The position numbers and the translations under genes are program-made. Below, piece after piece: positions 33,047-42,518 of a stretch of DNA of 64,000 nt. Position 1 is the first letter of the stretch, and every line of letters starts with the position of its first letter. Below the pieces are notes generated by a model. That model was not told where the DNA came from. It made no database searches and saw only the letters and a list, made by a program, of their open reading frames with translations. Location of the stretch: assembly GCA_965215605.1 (NCBI GenBank), contig OZ244070.1:1152001-1216000 (forward strand), written 5' to 3'. Source of the stretch: an uncultured Candidatus Binatia bacterium. Lineage in GTDB: Bacteria > Desulfobacterota > Binatia > UBA9968 > JAJDTQ01.

Positions 33047-34489
33047 TCACCCCCGCGCGGCCCGATGGTGGGCGAACGGCTCCCGCCGCCGGGACGACGG
33101 CAGAATCCCGAGCTGCTCGCGGTACTTCGCCACCGTCCGGCGCGCGATGTCGATGCCCACGCCCTGCAACTCGCCCGCGATCTCCTGGTCGCTCAGCGGC
33201 TTGCCGGGATCTTCGGATTCCACCAGCTTCCGTATCCTGTCCCGCACCGACTCCGAAGAGACCACCGTGGCGCTGTCGTTGCGGGGAAGTCCGCTCTGAA
33301 AAAAGAACTTCAGCTCGAAAACGCCTTGCGGCGTGTGCGCGTACTTGTTGGAGGTGGCCCGGCTCACCGTGGAGGGGTGCATGCCGATCTCCGCCGCCAC
33401 CTCGCGCAGCACCAGGGGCTTCAGCCGGGTGACGCCGTGCTCCAGGAACTCGCGCTGAAAGCTGAAGATGCTCTCGCTGACGCGATAGAGGGTCTGCTGC
33501 CGCCAGTGGATGCTCTTGATCAACCAGGTGGCGGCCCGGACCTTGCTCTCCAGGTACTCTCTTGCCTTGCGGACATCTTCTCCCTGCTCGCGGGCCAAAC
33601 GCCGCACCAGCGCGCTCACCCGCAGGGGCGGGACGCCGTCGTCGTTCAGGAGGATGGAGTACTCCCCCGCCACCTCCTGCACCACCACGTCCGGGACAAT
33701 CGTGCGGACTTGGTCGTCGTCGAAGCCGCGGGCCGGCTTGGGCTCCAGGCAGGCGATGAGACGGACCGCTTCGACAACCTCGTCGACGCTGGCGTTCAGA
33801 CTCTCGGCTATCCTGCCATATTGCTTGTATTCCAGTTCATGGAGGTGATGGGCGACCATGTCGACGGCAACGCCGTCCTCCAGTCCGGCATTCCGAAGCT
33901 GCACCAGCAGGCATTCGCGCAGGTCCCGCGCGGCGATGCCCACGGGATCGAAGAGCTGGATGCGGGTCAGCACGTCTTCCACCGTATCGGACGTGGCATG
34001 GGCCAGCGCGCCGATCTCCTCCAAGGACATCTCCAGGTAGCCACGTTCGTCAAGGTTGCCGATGATGACCGTGCCGGCATCCTCGCCGGACGGATCGAGC
34101 CCGGCCATGCGGAGCTGCCACAGCAGGTGTTCCTGAAGCGTCTCTCGGCGGGTGACGGTGTTCTCCAGGGAGGGGAAGTCCTCCTCCTCGCGCACCACTT
34201 CGGGACTCGCCATGTCGTGACGCGAGTTGGCTCCCAGATAGTCCTGCCACTCCGCGATGCGGTCGGCCACCAGCGTTTCCCGAGCCGCATCGGGCTCCCG
34301 GACCATCTCCGGACCGCCGTCGTCCTCGTCGCGGGCTTCCTCCAGGGCGGGATTCTCCTCCAATTCCTGCGAGATCCGTTCCTGGAGATCGAGATGGGAG
34401 AGCTGGAGGAGCTTGATCGCTTGCTGCAACTGGGGCGTCATCACCAGTTGCGGCACGAGTTTCTGGGAGAGCTTGATACCGAGTGCCAT
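33047..34489 (-). CDS. rpoN: RNA polymerase sigma-54 factor
   Basis: LQQAIKLLQL, HPSTVSR, RpoN box ARRTVAKYRE. Confidence 0.98.
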   Translation of the reverse strand: MALGIKLSQKLVPQLVMTPQLQQAIKLLQLSHLDLQERISQELEENPALEEARDEDDGGPEMVREPDAARETLVADRIAEWQDYLGANSRHDMASPEVVREEEDFPSLENTVTRRETLQEHLLWQLRMAGLDPSGEDAGTVIIGNLDERGYLEMSLEEIGALAHATSDTVEDVLTRIQLFDPVGIAARDLRECLLVQLRNAGLEDGVAVDMVAHHLHELEYKQYGRIAESLNASVDEVVEAVRLIACLEPKPARGFDDDQVRTIVPDVVVQEVAGEYSILLNDDGVPPLRVSALVRRLAREQGEDVRKAREYLESKVRAATWLIKSIHWRQQTLYRVSESIFSFQREFLEHGVTRLKPLVLREVAAEIGMHPSTVSRATSNKYAHTPQGVFELKFFFQSGLPRNDSATVVSSESVRDRIRKLVESEDPGKPLSDQEIAGELQGVGIDIARRTVAKYREQLGILPSSRRREPFAHHRAARG

Positions 34490-34514
34490 CGGGGCGTCCT
34501 GCCTGACAATAACG

Positions 34515-35237
34515 CTACAGCCTGAAACCCTTGCCCAGGTAGACCTCGCGCGCCTTGTCGCTGGCGGCGATATCGCCGGGCGTTCCCTCCGCCAGCACCA
34601 CCCCCTGGCTCAGGATGTAGGCGCGGGTGCAGATCTCCAGGGTCTCCCTCACGTTGTGATCGGTTATCAGCACCCCGATTCCGACCTTGGTCAGCCGTTG
34701 AATGACGGACTTGACTTCCCCCAGGGCGATGGGGTCGACGCCGGTGAAGGGTTCGTCGAGCAGCACGAAGAAAGGCGACAGGATCAGCGCGCGGGCGATC
34801 TCCACGCGCCGCCGTTCGCCGCCGGATAGCGTGTACGCCTTCTGCCCGGCCAGATGGGCGAGGCCGAACATCTTCAGGAGCAGCCGGCTCCTCTTCTCCT
34901 CCTCGTCCCTGCCGATCCCCTGGGTCTCGAGGATGGCCAGCAGGTTCTGCTTCACGGTCAGCCCCCGGAACACCGAGGACTCCTGTGGAAGGTAGCTGAT
35001 CCCCGCCCGCGCCCGCTGGTAGATGGGAGCGGCGGTAAGGTCGGTGCCGTTGAGCGTGACCTTCCCGCCGTCGGCCCGGACCAGACCGATGACGATGTGG
35101 AACAGGGTCGTCTTGCCGGCTCCGTTGGGCCCCAGGAGACCCACTACCTCTCCACCCCGGACGTTGAGCGTGACCCGGTCAACGACCCGCCGGCCCCGGT
35201 AGGCCTTTACGATTCCTTCCGCGTTGAGAAGGTTCAT
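34515..35237 (-). CDS. lptB: LPS export ABC transporter ATP-binding protein
   Basis: GPNGAGKT, YLPQE, LSGGERRRVEIAR, TDHNVRETL. Confidence 0.96.
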   Translation of the reverse strand: MNLLNAEGIVKAYRGRRVVDRVTLNVRGGEVVGLLGPNGAGKTTLFHIVIGLVRADGGKVTLNGTDLTAAPIYQRARAGISYLPQESSVFRGLTVKQNLLAILETQGIGRDEEEKRSRLLLKMFGLAHLAGQKAYTLSGGERRRVEIARALILSPFFVLLDEPFTGVDPIALGEVKSVIQRLTKVGIGVLITDHNVRETLEICTRAYILSQGVVLAEGTPGDIAASDKAREVYLGKGFRL

Positions 35238-35265
35238 CCGACACAACCCGCGTGGCCTCTCCGGC

Positions 35266-35817
35266 TCAACGCTTCAGTTGTCCCGGGAAGATCACCGCCT
35301 TGACGCGCCCCTTGGTGTTCTCCACCACGCTGCGGTCCTCGTTGATGTAGATGGTAATGCGGTCGCCGGAGATACTGTTCATTCCGTCGCGCACGATGGT
35401 GTTGCCGGACACGGTGATGGTCTCTTTCAGACCGTCGAACACCGCCTTGTCGCCGGTCATTTCGCGTCCCGAGTGGTTCACCCGCACCTTTCCCTCTGCG
35501 ACGATACTCTTCAGCACTCCATCCTCGGGATCGTACCGCGCCGACAGGACGTCGCTGGCGATCCTCATCTCCTCCCGCTCCACCAGGACATTGCCCCGGT
35601 ACACGATGACATTCCGCTTGCGCTCGAGCTCCATGCTGTCCGCGGTGATGACCAGCGGCGTGTCCTTGTCCCCGAAAAGGCCGCTGGAATCCCGCTTCCC
35701 GTCTTCGGCCGCCCGGGCGACGGAGACCGTGCCCTGCAGCGGCAGCGACGCCGCAAGGCACAGACACACCAGCCAGCGAACTCCACGAGTCCGGCTCCGG
35801 GCAACGTCTTGTCTCAT
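35266..35817 (-). CDS. lptA: LPS transport periplasmic protein LptA/OstA
   Basis: Signal peptide, ITADSM, GNV, GDRI; between lptC and lptB. Confidence 0.85.
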   Translation of the reverse strand: MRQDVARSRTRGVRWLVCLCLAASLPLQGTVSVARAAEDGKRDSSGLFGDKDTPLVITADSMELERKRNVIVYRGNVLVEREEMRIASDVLSARYDPEDGVLKSIVAEGKVRVNHSGREMTGDKAVFDGLKETITVSGNTIVRDGMNSISGDRITIYINEDRSVVENTKGRVKAVIFPGQLKR

Positions 35818-35835
35818 CGGTTCGCGTCCTTTCGG

Positions 35836-36426
35836 TCACCCGGAAGCCTTGGCGCGCCCGAGGCGCCTCGGGTGAATCGTGGTCTTCACGGCGCGGCGAA
35901 GCACCACCGTCTCGTGGGTCAGCGAATAGGTCATGTTCTCACCCTCGAACTCGGCGCCGTCCACCACCCCCCAGACTTTTCCGGGGCACACCACCCGGTT
36001 CTCGGAATGGAGGTAGATGAGCTTGTCGGTGCGGAACCGCGCGGCCTGGTAGGTCATCTCCACCGGACCTTCCAGCACCGCCCGTTCGAGCTGGCCGCCG
36101 GACAGGAAGATGCTCCCTTCCCGGCTGGTGGCTTCCAGCGTCCCGCCGTCTTCCCGGTGGAAGATCAGCCGCGGATGCCGTATGACGGCCCTTTCCTCGC
36201 CCTTGAAGTAGGTAGCCTCGGCTCCCTTCACTTCCCAGGTCTTGCGGCCGTCCTCGATCATGCTCCGGTGAAAGTTCTTGACCTGGACCGCCGCCCCGGG
36301 GGTGAGCCGCAACAGCGCACCGGGGTCGCGGAGCGCCTGCTCCCGCAGATGTTGCACGACCTCGAAGCCCACGAAGACCACCCCCGCGACCATGACCACG
36401 AGTATCAGTAACCGTTTCGACCGCAT
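35836..36426 (-). CDS. lptC: LPS export protein LptC
   Basis: N-terminal TM anchor, W-x3-A motif, beta-jellyroll-like pattern, synteny. Confidence 0.8.
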   Translation of the reverse strand: MRSKRLLILVVMVAGVVFVGFEVVQHLREQALRDPGALLRLTPGAAVQVKNFHRSMIEDGRKTWEVKGAEATYFKGEERAVIRHPRLIFHREDGGTLEATSREGSIFLSGGQLERAVLEGPVEMTYQAARFRTDKLIYLHSENRVVCPGKVWGVVDGAEFEGENMTYSLTHETVVLRRAVKTTIHPRRLGRAKASG

Positions 36427-36491
36427 GGGTACACTAGTCCGAATAACAAGTCCGGCTTTGCGTGTAAAGCAACGGGCATGGATCTTGCGTC

Positions 36492-36521
36492 AGGTGCGGG
36501 GTCCATAGGTGCGGGGTCCAT
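36492..36521. repeat. perfect 15-bp tandem duplication
   Basis: AGGTGCGGGGTCCAT x2 between kdsC and lptC. Confidence 0.8.
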
Positions 36522-36547
36522 CCGCGGCCCTCGCCGGCACGCCGGCG

Positions 36548-37120
36548 TCAACGGTCGTATTCCTTCAACAGCGCGTCCCACCTGCCGGTAAGCCGCAGCA
36601 GCAACTCGGCCACCTCGCGCACCGCGCCATACCCGCCCCGGCGGGTCGTGACGTAGTCGGCGTGCGCCTTCAAGCCGTCCCAGGCGTTGTTCACCGCCAC
36701 CGCGAACGCCACCCGGCGAAGCACCGGCAGATCCTGCATGTCGTCACCGACGTAGGCGACCTCGGCGTCGGTCAGTCCGGCCTCCGCCTTGACCTTGTCG
36801 TAACCGCGCAGCTTGTCGGCCACGTTCTGGTAGACCATGTCGATGGACAGGCGCTCGGCGCGCACCGCCACCGCCCGGGAGGCCCGTCCGGTCAGCAGCC
36901 CGACGCGCATGCCCGCCTGTTGCAGCAGCTTGATGCCCTGACCGTCCTGAACGTCGAAACGGGTGACCTCCTGGCCCCGTTCGTCGATCACGATGCCGCC
37001 GTCGGTCAGCACCCCGTCGACGTCCAGCAGCAGCAGCTTCACGGCCCGGACCTTCCGCCGGAGCTCTTCGGCCGCCGGTAGCGCGGCGGGTTCAGACGAT
37101 GCCGGCTTTGAGCAGGTCAT
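36548..37120 (-). CDS. kdsC: KDO 8-phosphate phosphatase (start uncertain)
   Basis: DVDGVLTDG, GDD-x2-D, GG-x-GAVRE. Confidence 0.93.
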   Translation of the reverse strand: MTCSKPASSEPAALPAAEELRRKVRAVKLLLLDVDGVLTDGGIVIDERGQEVTRFDVQDGQGIKLLQQAGMRVGLLTGRASRAVAVRAERLSIDMVYQNVADKLRGYDKVKAEAGLTDAEVAYVGDDMQDLPVLRRVAFAVAVNNAWDGLKAHADYVTTRRGGYGAVREVAELLLRLTGRWDALLKEYDR

Positions 37121-38078
37121 GGAGGTGGATGATCCCCTGGGGCCGCTCCGAGTCTCCGGCCTTGATGAAGAGGGAGGTGATCGAGAACTTTTCCATCAGC
37201 GCCACCGCTTCCGCGGCGAGCGAATCGCCGTCGATGGTCTTGGGATCCCGTGTCATGATCTCGACGGCGCGGCGATCCAGGATGTCCGCCCTGCCGTGGC
37301 TCCTGGCGAGACCGCGCCGCAGGTCTCCGTCGGTGATGATGCCGACCAGCGCCGACTCCCCATCGACCACGCCGGTGACGCCGAGCCGCTTGGACGTGAT
37401 TTCCAGAAGGATGTCCGTGAGCGGCGTGTCCTCGGACACCAGCGGGATCTCCTCGCCCCGATGCATCAGGTCACAGGTGCGGACGAGCAGCCTTCGGCCC
37501 AGCGCGCCGCCGGGATGCCTGAGCAGGAAGTCCTCGGTCTTGAATCCCCGGCGCTCCAGCAGAACCACGGCGATGGCGTCCCCCATGGCCAGCGCGGCCG
37601 TGGTGCTGGCTGTGGGCGACAGGCCCAGCGGACAGGCTTCCGCGGGCACTCCGACGTCGAGGATCACGTCCGCGGAAAGGCCCAGGGCGGATTGCGGATT
37701 CCCCGTCATGGCGACCAGCCTGAGTCCCCAGCGCTTGATGAGGGGAAGCATCTTGAGCACCTCTTCCGACTCGCCGCTGTTGGACACCGCCAGGACCACG
37801 TCGTCCCGCATGATCATGCCCAGATCGCCGTGGCTGGCCTCCGCCGCGTGGAGGAAGAACGAGGGGGTGCCGGTGCTGGCCAGCGTGGCCGCGATCTTGT
37901 GACAGATGAGGCCGGACTTGCCGACGCCGGTCACGATGACCTTGCCGGCGCAATCATGAAGGATGCCCACGGCGCGGACGAATGCGTCGCCCACACGGTC
38001 CCTGGCCGCGACGATCCCGCCGATCTCGATGTCCAGCACCTCCTGCGCCTTGCGAATGGCGTCCGCCGCCCCGCCCAT
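37092..38078 (-). CDS. kdsD: arabinose 5-phosphate isomerase
   Basis: GVGKSG, HGDLG, HPGGALG, two CBS domains. Confidence 0.95.
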   Translation of the reverse strand: MGGAADAIRKAQEVLDIEIGGIVAARDRVGDAFVRAVGILHDCAGKVIVTGVGKSGLICHKIAATLASTGTPSFFLHAAEASHGDLGMIMRDDVVLAVSNSGESEEVLKMLPLIKRWGLRLVAMTGNPQSALGLSADVILDVGVPAEACPLGLSPTASTTAALAMGDAIAVVLLERRGFKTEDFLLRHPGGALGRRLLVRTCDLMHRGEEIPLVSEDTPLTDILLEITSKRLGVTGVVDGESALVGIITDGDLRRGLARSHGRADILDRRAVEIMTRDPKTIDGDSLAAEAVALMEKFSITSLFIKAGDSERPQGIIHLHDLLKAGIV

Positions 38079-38079
38079 A

Positions 38080-38916
38080 TTACCCGCCTCCGTGGTCCTT
38101 GATCCGGTCGTCGATGTCCTTGACCGTACGCAGCAGCTCGCCCAGGGCGTCCAGGGGAAAGGAGGTGGGCCCGTCGCTCAGCGCCCGGTCCGGGTCCTCG
38201 TGGACTTCCATGAACAGGCCGTCCACGCCCACGGCCGCGCCCGCCCGCGCCAGCGGCGCGATGAACTGCCGGTCGCCGCCCGAGGCCTGCCCCAGTCCGC
38301 CGGGAAGCTGCAGACTGTGGGTGGCGTCGAAGACCACCGGGAAACCCGTCTCGCGCATGATCACCAGCGAGCGCATGTCCGACACCAGGTTGTTGTAGCC
38401 GAAAGAGACCCCGCGTTCGGTCAGCAGCAGGTTGCTGTTGCCCGCCGCCACGACCTTGGCCGCGACGTTGCGGATGTCCCAAGGCGCGAGAAACTGGCCC
38501 TTCTTCACGTTCACCACCCTGGCGGCCCGGGCCACCGCCGTGACGAAGTCGGTCTGCCGGCAGAGAAAGGCCGGAATCTGGGCCACGTCCACGACCTCGC
38601 ACGCCGGGGCGATCTGCTCCGGCTCGTGCACGTCGGTGAGCACCGGGACGCCGAACTGCCGCTTCACTTCCTCGAGAATCCGGAGCCCCTCGTCGAGCCC
38701 CGGACCCCGAAAGGATTCCACGGACGTGCGGTTCGCCTTGTCGTAGGACGACTTGTAGATGAACGGGATGTCGAGGCGCTGGGTCAGCTCTTGCAGGTAT
38801 CCGGCGTGCCGCAGCGCCGAGTCCCGACTCTCGATGACGCACGAGCCGGCGATCAGGGCCAGCGGGCGCCCGCCCCCCACGCGGATGCCGCCGATGGAGA
38901 CCTCGCTGGCGGTCAT
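38080..38916 (-). CDS. kdsA: KDO 8-phosphate synthase
   Basis: [27 protein letters not shown]. Confidence 0.97.
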   Translation of the reverse strand: MTASEVSIGGIRVGGGRPLALIAGSCVIESRDSALRHAGYLQELTQRLDIPFIYKSSYDKANRTSVESFRGPGLDEGLRILEEVKRQFGVPVLTDVHEPEQIAPACEVVDVAQIPAFLCRQTDFVTAVARAARVVNVKKGQFLAPWDIRNVAAKVVAAGNSNLLLTERGVSFGYNNLVSDMRSLVIMRETGFPVVFDATHSLQLPGGLGQASGGDRQFIAPLARAGAAVGVDGLFMEVHEDPDRALSDGPTSFPLDALGELLRTVKDIDDRIKDHGGG

Positions 38917-40571
38917 GGTCTCGCCGAGTCCGCGACGATGCGCATACGCGGGACTTCCTTGACGGACGAACGCCGCTGCAAGGCGGCCCGGATGAAACCC
39001 TTGAACAGCGGGTGGCAGTCCGTCGGACGGGACTTGAACTCGGGGTGGAACTGGCAGCCCACGAACCAGGGGTGGTCGCTCAACTCGACGACCTCCACCA
39101 GGTTGCCGTCGGGAGAGAGGCCGCTTATCCTCAGCCCCTTTTCCTGCATGATCTCGCGGTAGCGGTTGTTGAACTCGTAGCGATGCCGGTGCCGTTCCGA
39201 GATCCGCCGCTTCCGGTACATCCTGGCCGACAGGGAATCGGCGGCCAGCACGCACGGATAGGCTCCCAGGCGCATGGTCCCGCCCATCCGGTCCAGGTCC
39301 TTCTGCTCGTCCATCAAGTGGATCACCGGATGCTTCGTCCCGGGGTCGAACTCCACGGAATTGGCGCCCTTCAGGGAGCAGACATGGCGGCCGAACTCGG
39401 CCACCGCGATCTGCATCCCGAGACAGATCCCGAAGAAAGGCACCTTGTTCTCGCGCGCGTAGCGCACCGCGCGGACCTTGCCCTCGGTGCCCCGGTCTCC
39501 GAACCCGCCGGGTATCAGGATGCCCTGGACGCCGTCCAGGAGCTTCTGGACGTCCTGCTTCTCCATCTTTTCCGCGTCGATGCAATCGAGCTCGACGTGC
39601 ACCCCGTTGGCGATGCCGCCGTGGACCAGGGCCTCCAGCAGGCTCTTGTACGACTCCTTTAGCTCCATGTACTTGCCCACCACCGCGACCCGCACCGATT
39701 CCCCGGCGTTTTTCAGGGTATGCACCGTCTTCTGCCACTTGCGCAGGTTCGGGGCGCCCGTCCACATCTGCAGCCGCTCGACGATCCGGTCGTCCAGCCC
39801 TTCCTGGTGGAGCACCAGCGGCACCTCGTAGATCCACTCCACGTCCTTGGCGGTGATCACCGAGCTCTCGTCCACGTTGCAGAAGCTGGCGATCTTGGAC
39901 TTGAGACCGCGGCTGAGCAAACGGTCGGTGCGGCACAAAAGGAGGTCGGGCTGGATCCCCAGGCCGGTGAGTTCCTTCACGCTGTGCTGGGTGGGCTTGG
40001 TCTTGAGCTCGCCCCCGGGCGCGATGTACGGCACGTAAGTGAGGTGCACGTAGACCACGTTCTCCCGGCCGCAGTCGCGGCCGAATTGCCGTATGGCCTC
40101 CAGGAAAGGAAGCCCCTCGATGTCGCCGACGGTTCCGCCCACCTCGCAGATGGCGATGTCGTAGTCCTCGGCCGCGGCCACGATCCGGCGCTTGATCTCG
40201 TCGGTGATGTGGGGGATGACCTGCACCGTGCCGCCCAGGTAGTCGCCGCGGCGCTCCTTGGTGATGACGGTGTCGTACACCTGGCCGGTGGTGAAGTTGT
40301 TGGCCCGTCCCGTGGTGGAGGAGACGTAACGCTCGTAGTGCCCCAGGTCCAGGTCCGTCTCCGCGCCGTCGTCGGTGACGAACACCTCGCCGTGCTGATA
40401 CGGACTCATGGTGCCGGGATCGACGTTGATGTAGGGGTCCATCTTCAGCAGCGTCACCTTGAGCCCGCGGCTCTCCAGCAGGGCGCCGATGGACGCCGCC
40501 GCCAGCCCCTTGCCGAGGGACGACATCACCCCGCCGGTGACGAAAATGAACTTCTGCCGCAAGTTAGCCAT
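38913..40571 (-). CDS. pyrG: CTP synthase
   Basis: [34 protein letters not shown]. Confidence 0.98.
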   Translation of the reverse strand: MANLRQKFIFVTGGVMSSLGKGLAAASIGALLESRGLKVTLLKMDPYINVDPGTMSPYQHGEVFVTDDGAETDLDLGHYERYVSSTTGRANNFTTGQVYDTVITKERRGDYLGGTVQVIPHITDEIKRRIVAAAEDYDIAICEVGGTVGDIEGLPFLEAIRQFGRDCGRENVVYVHLTYVPYIAPGGELKTKPTQHSVKELTGLGIQPDLLLCRTDRLLSRGLKSKIASFCNVDESSVITAKDVEWIYEVPLVLHQEGLDDRIVERLQMWTGAPNLRKWQKTVHTLKNAGESVRVAVVGKYMELKESYKSLLEALVHGGIANGVHVELDCIDAEKMEKQDVQKLLDGVQGILIPGGFGDRGTEGKVRAVRYARENKVPFFGICLGMQIAVAEFGRHVCSLKGANSVEFDPGTKHPVIHLMDEQKDLDRMGGTMRLGAYPCVLAADSLSARMYRKRRISERHRHRYEFNNRYREIMQEKGLRISGLSPDGNLVEVVELSDHPWFVGCQFHPEFKSRPTDCHPLFKGFIRAALQRRSSVKEVPRMRIVADSARP

Positions 40572-41319
40572 GGCTTTTCCTCGGCTGGAGCCGGTTCCAG
40601 TACGCCTCCGCCCGCTTCAGGTCCTCCGGCGTATCCACTTCCACCCCCGTTTCCACCACGTCCGCCACCCGGATACGGAAACCGTAGTGCAACGCCCGCA
40701 ACTGCTCCAACCCCTCGGTGAGCTCCAACGCCGCGGCAGGCAGGGCGGCGATGCGCGGCAGGAAGTCCCGCCGGTAGACGTAGATGCCCAGGTGACGATG
40801 CCCCCACTGTGCCGGCGCGGCGGCCGGCTCCCGGCGAAACGGTATGGGCGCGCGAGAGAAATAGCAGGCGAAGCCCTGCTGGTCCGTTACCACCTTGACC
40901 ACGTTCGGGTTGAGGAACTCGTCCTCCGAGGCGATGGGGGTGCGCGCGGTGGCCATGGGAACGGCCGGATCCCGCACCAGGCAGTCGACGCTCTTGCGGA
41001 TGGTGTCGGTCCGGATGAACGGCAGATCCCCCTGGACGTTGACGATCCATTGGGCGTCGAGGCCGCCGGCCGCCTCGGCCAGCCTGTCCGTTCCGCTCAG
41101 GTGATCCCTGGAGGTCATCACCGCCTCGCCGCCGAAGGCCCGCACCGCGTCCAGGATCCGCGGATCGTCGGTGGCCACCACCGTCCGGCGCACGAGATCC
41201 GCCGTGGCGGTGCTCTCGTAGACGTGCTGGATCATCGGCTTCGTACCGATCCTGGCCAGCGGTTTCCCGGGGAACCGTGTGGATCCGTAACGCGCCGGTA
41301 TAATGGCGACAACCGACAT
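40564..41319 (-). CDS. kdsB: CMP-KDO synthetase
   Basis: [32 protein letters not shown]. Confidence 0.96.
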   Translation of the reverse strand: MSVVAIIPARYGSTRFPGKPLARIGTKPMIQHVYESTATADLVRRTVVATDDPRILDAVRAFGGEAVMTSRDHLSGTDRLAEAAGGLDAQWIVNVQGDLPFIRTDTIRKSVDCLVRDPAVPMATARTPIASEDEFLNPNVVKVVTDQQGFACYFSRAPIPFRREPAAAPAQWGHRHLGIYVYRRDFLPRIAALPAAALELTEGLEQLRALHYGFRIRVADVVETGVEVDTPEDLKRAEAYWNRLQPRKSHG

Positions 41320-41331
41320 GAGATTGGACGC

Positions 41332-41353
41332 GATATACGCAAGATATACGCAA
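41332..41353. repeat. perfect 11-bp tandem duplication upstream of kdsB
   Basis: GATATACGCAA x2. Confidence 0.75.
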
Positions 41354-41593
41354 CGGAGGGGACGCCTCAGACGACGGCGGTCGGCACCGAGAAGCCCGAG
41401 GTCATCATATCCCCGGCCCGTCGAGGCTGTCAAATCAAAGTGGGCGGCAACCCTTATAAACTTGCTTTCGGTGCCGATTTTCTATAATGTGCGGGCGCAT
41501 CCTTCGACTAGCCGGGTCGCGGCCTGAAACAGGCGGGCAGGGACGGCTTTTCGCGGATCTGCATGACCGGTTTCCGCCAAAGGAGGAGTGGAG

Positions 41594-41776
41594 ATGGAGT
41601 TGCCGAAATGTCAGAAATGCGACAATGGCACGTTGATCCCGCTATCGGATTACGGTCAGGACGGTGCTTCGGTCATGTACAAGGCGTGGGTCTGCACCAA
41701 CCCCGAGTGCGGCTTCTCCCTCAGGATAGACAAGGGCGAGGTCAGCTACGGGCGCAGGATAGACCTCAAGCGCTGA
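41594..41776 (+). CDS. small zinc-ribbon-like protein (60 aa)
   Basis: CQKC and CTNPEC; strong RBS AAGGAGG; perfect TATAAT at 41483-41488. Confidence 0.8.
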   Translation: MELPKCQKCDNGTLIPLSDYGQDGASVMYKAWVCTNPECGFSLRIDKGEVSYGRRIDLKR

Positions 41777-41779
41777 CCG

Positions 41780-42502
41780 CTATTTCCCTGCCCGGCTCGC
41801 CAGGAAATTCGCCAACCGGGTGACCCCGTACTGAGCCGCCGCCTCGGTGGACCACTCGGCGGTGTCCCTGAAAAATGCCTTGGTCGCCTGCAGCCCCCCC
41901 AGGTCCCGGGCCGCCAGCGTCTCCATCCAGCGCTTCTTCTCGTCCGCCAACCGGTCCGGCGCCACCACCCGGTTCACCAGACCCTGGCGCTCCGCCTCTG
42001 CCGCGCTGAACTCGCCTCCGGTCATCACCAGCTCCAGGGCCTTCTTCCGGTGTATCCACCGGCTCAGGTAGGACATGACGATGGTGGGCGGGAACCCGGC
42101 GTTGATCTCCGGAAACGCGAACCTTGCGTCCTCGGCGGCCAGGGTCACGTCGCTCTGGACCGCCAGTCCGCAGCCGAAGCCGAAGGCCTTTCCCCGGACC
42201 ACGGCGAGGCTGATTCCGGGAAAGGATTGCAGCAGCTTGTTGACCCGGACGATGCGGCCGAGGGCCTGAGCGAACTGGGCGGCGTTCTCGGGCCTGGGGA
42301 CGTCGGGCTGGCGTCCGGAGCAGAAGTGGTCTCCCCTGCCCTCGATGACCAGCACCCGGAGATCCTTGCCGGCCGCGGCCTCCTCCAGCCGCTCGGTCAA
42401 CGCCAGCATCAGCTCGAGGTCCACCGCATTCCCTTCCTCCGGACGGTTCAGGGTCAGCGTGGCGGTGTCGCCCGTCTTTTCCAGCAGGACCTTGTCGGAC
42501 AT
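41780..42502 (-). CDS. enoyl-CoA hydratase/isomerase family protein
   Basis: LNRPE, FCSG, AFGFG, FAFPE, GLVNRVV. Confidence 0.9.
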   Translation of the reverse strand: MSDKVLLEKTGDTATLTLNRPEEGNAVDLELMLALTERLEEAAAGKDLRVLVIEGRGDHFCSGRQPDVPRPENAAQFAQALGRIVRVNKLLQSFPGISLAVVRGKAFGFGCGLAVQSDVTLAAEDARFAFPEINAGFPPTIVMSYLSRWIHRKKALELVMTGGEFSAAEAERQGLVNRVVAPDRLADEKKRWMETLAARDLGGLQATKAFFRDTAEWSTEAAAQYGVTRLANFLASRAGK

Positions 42503-42518
42503 GGGGCGTTTTCCTTTC

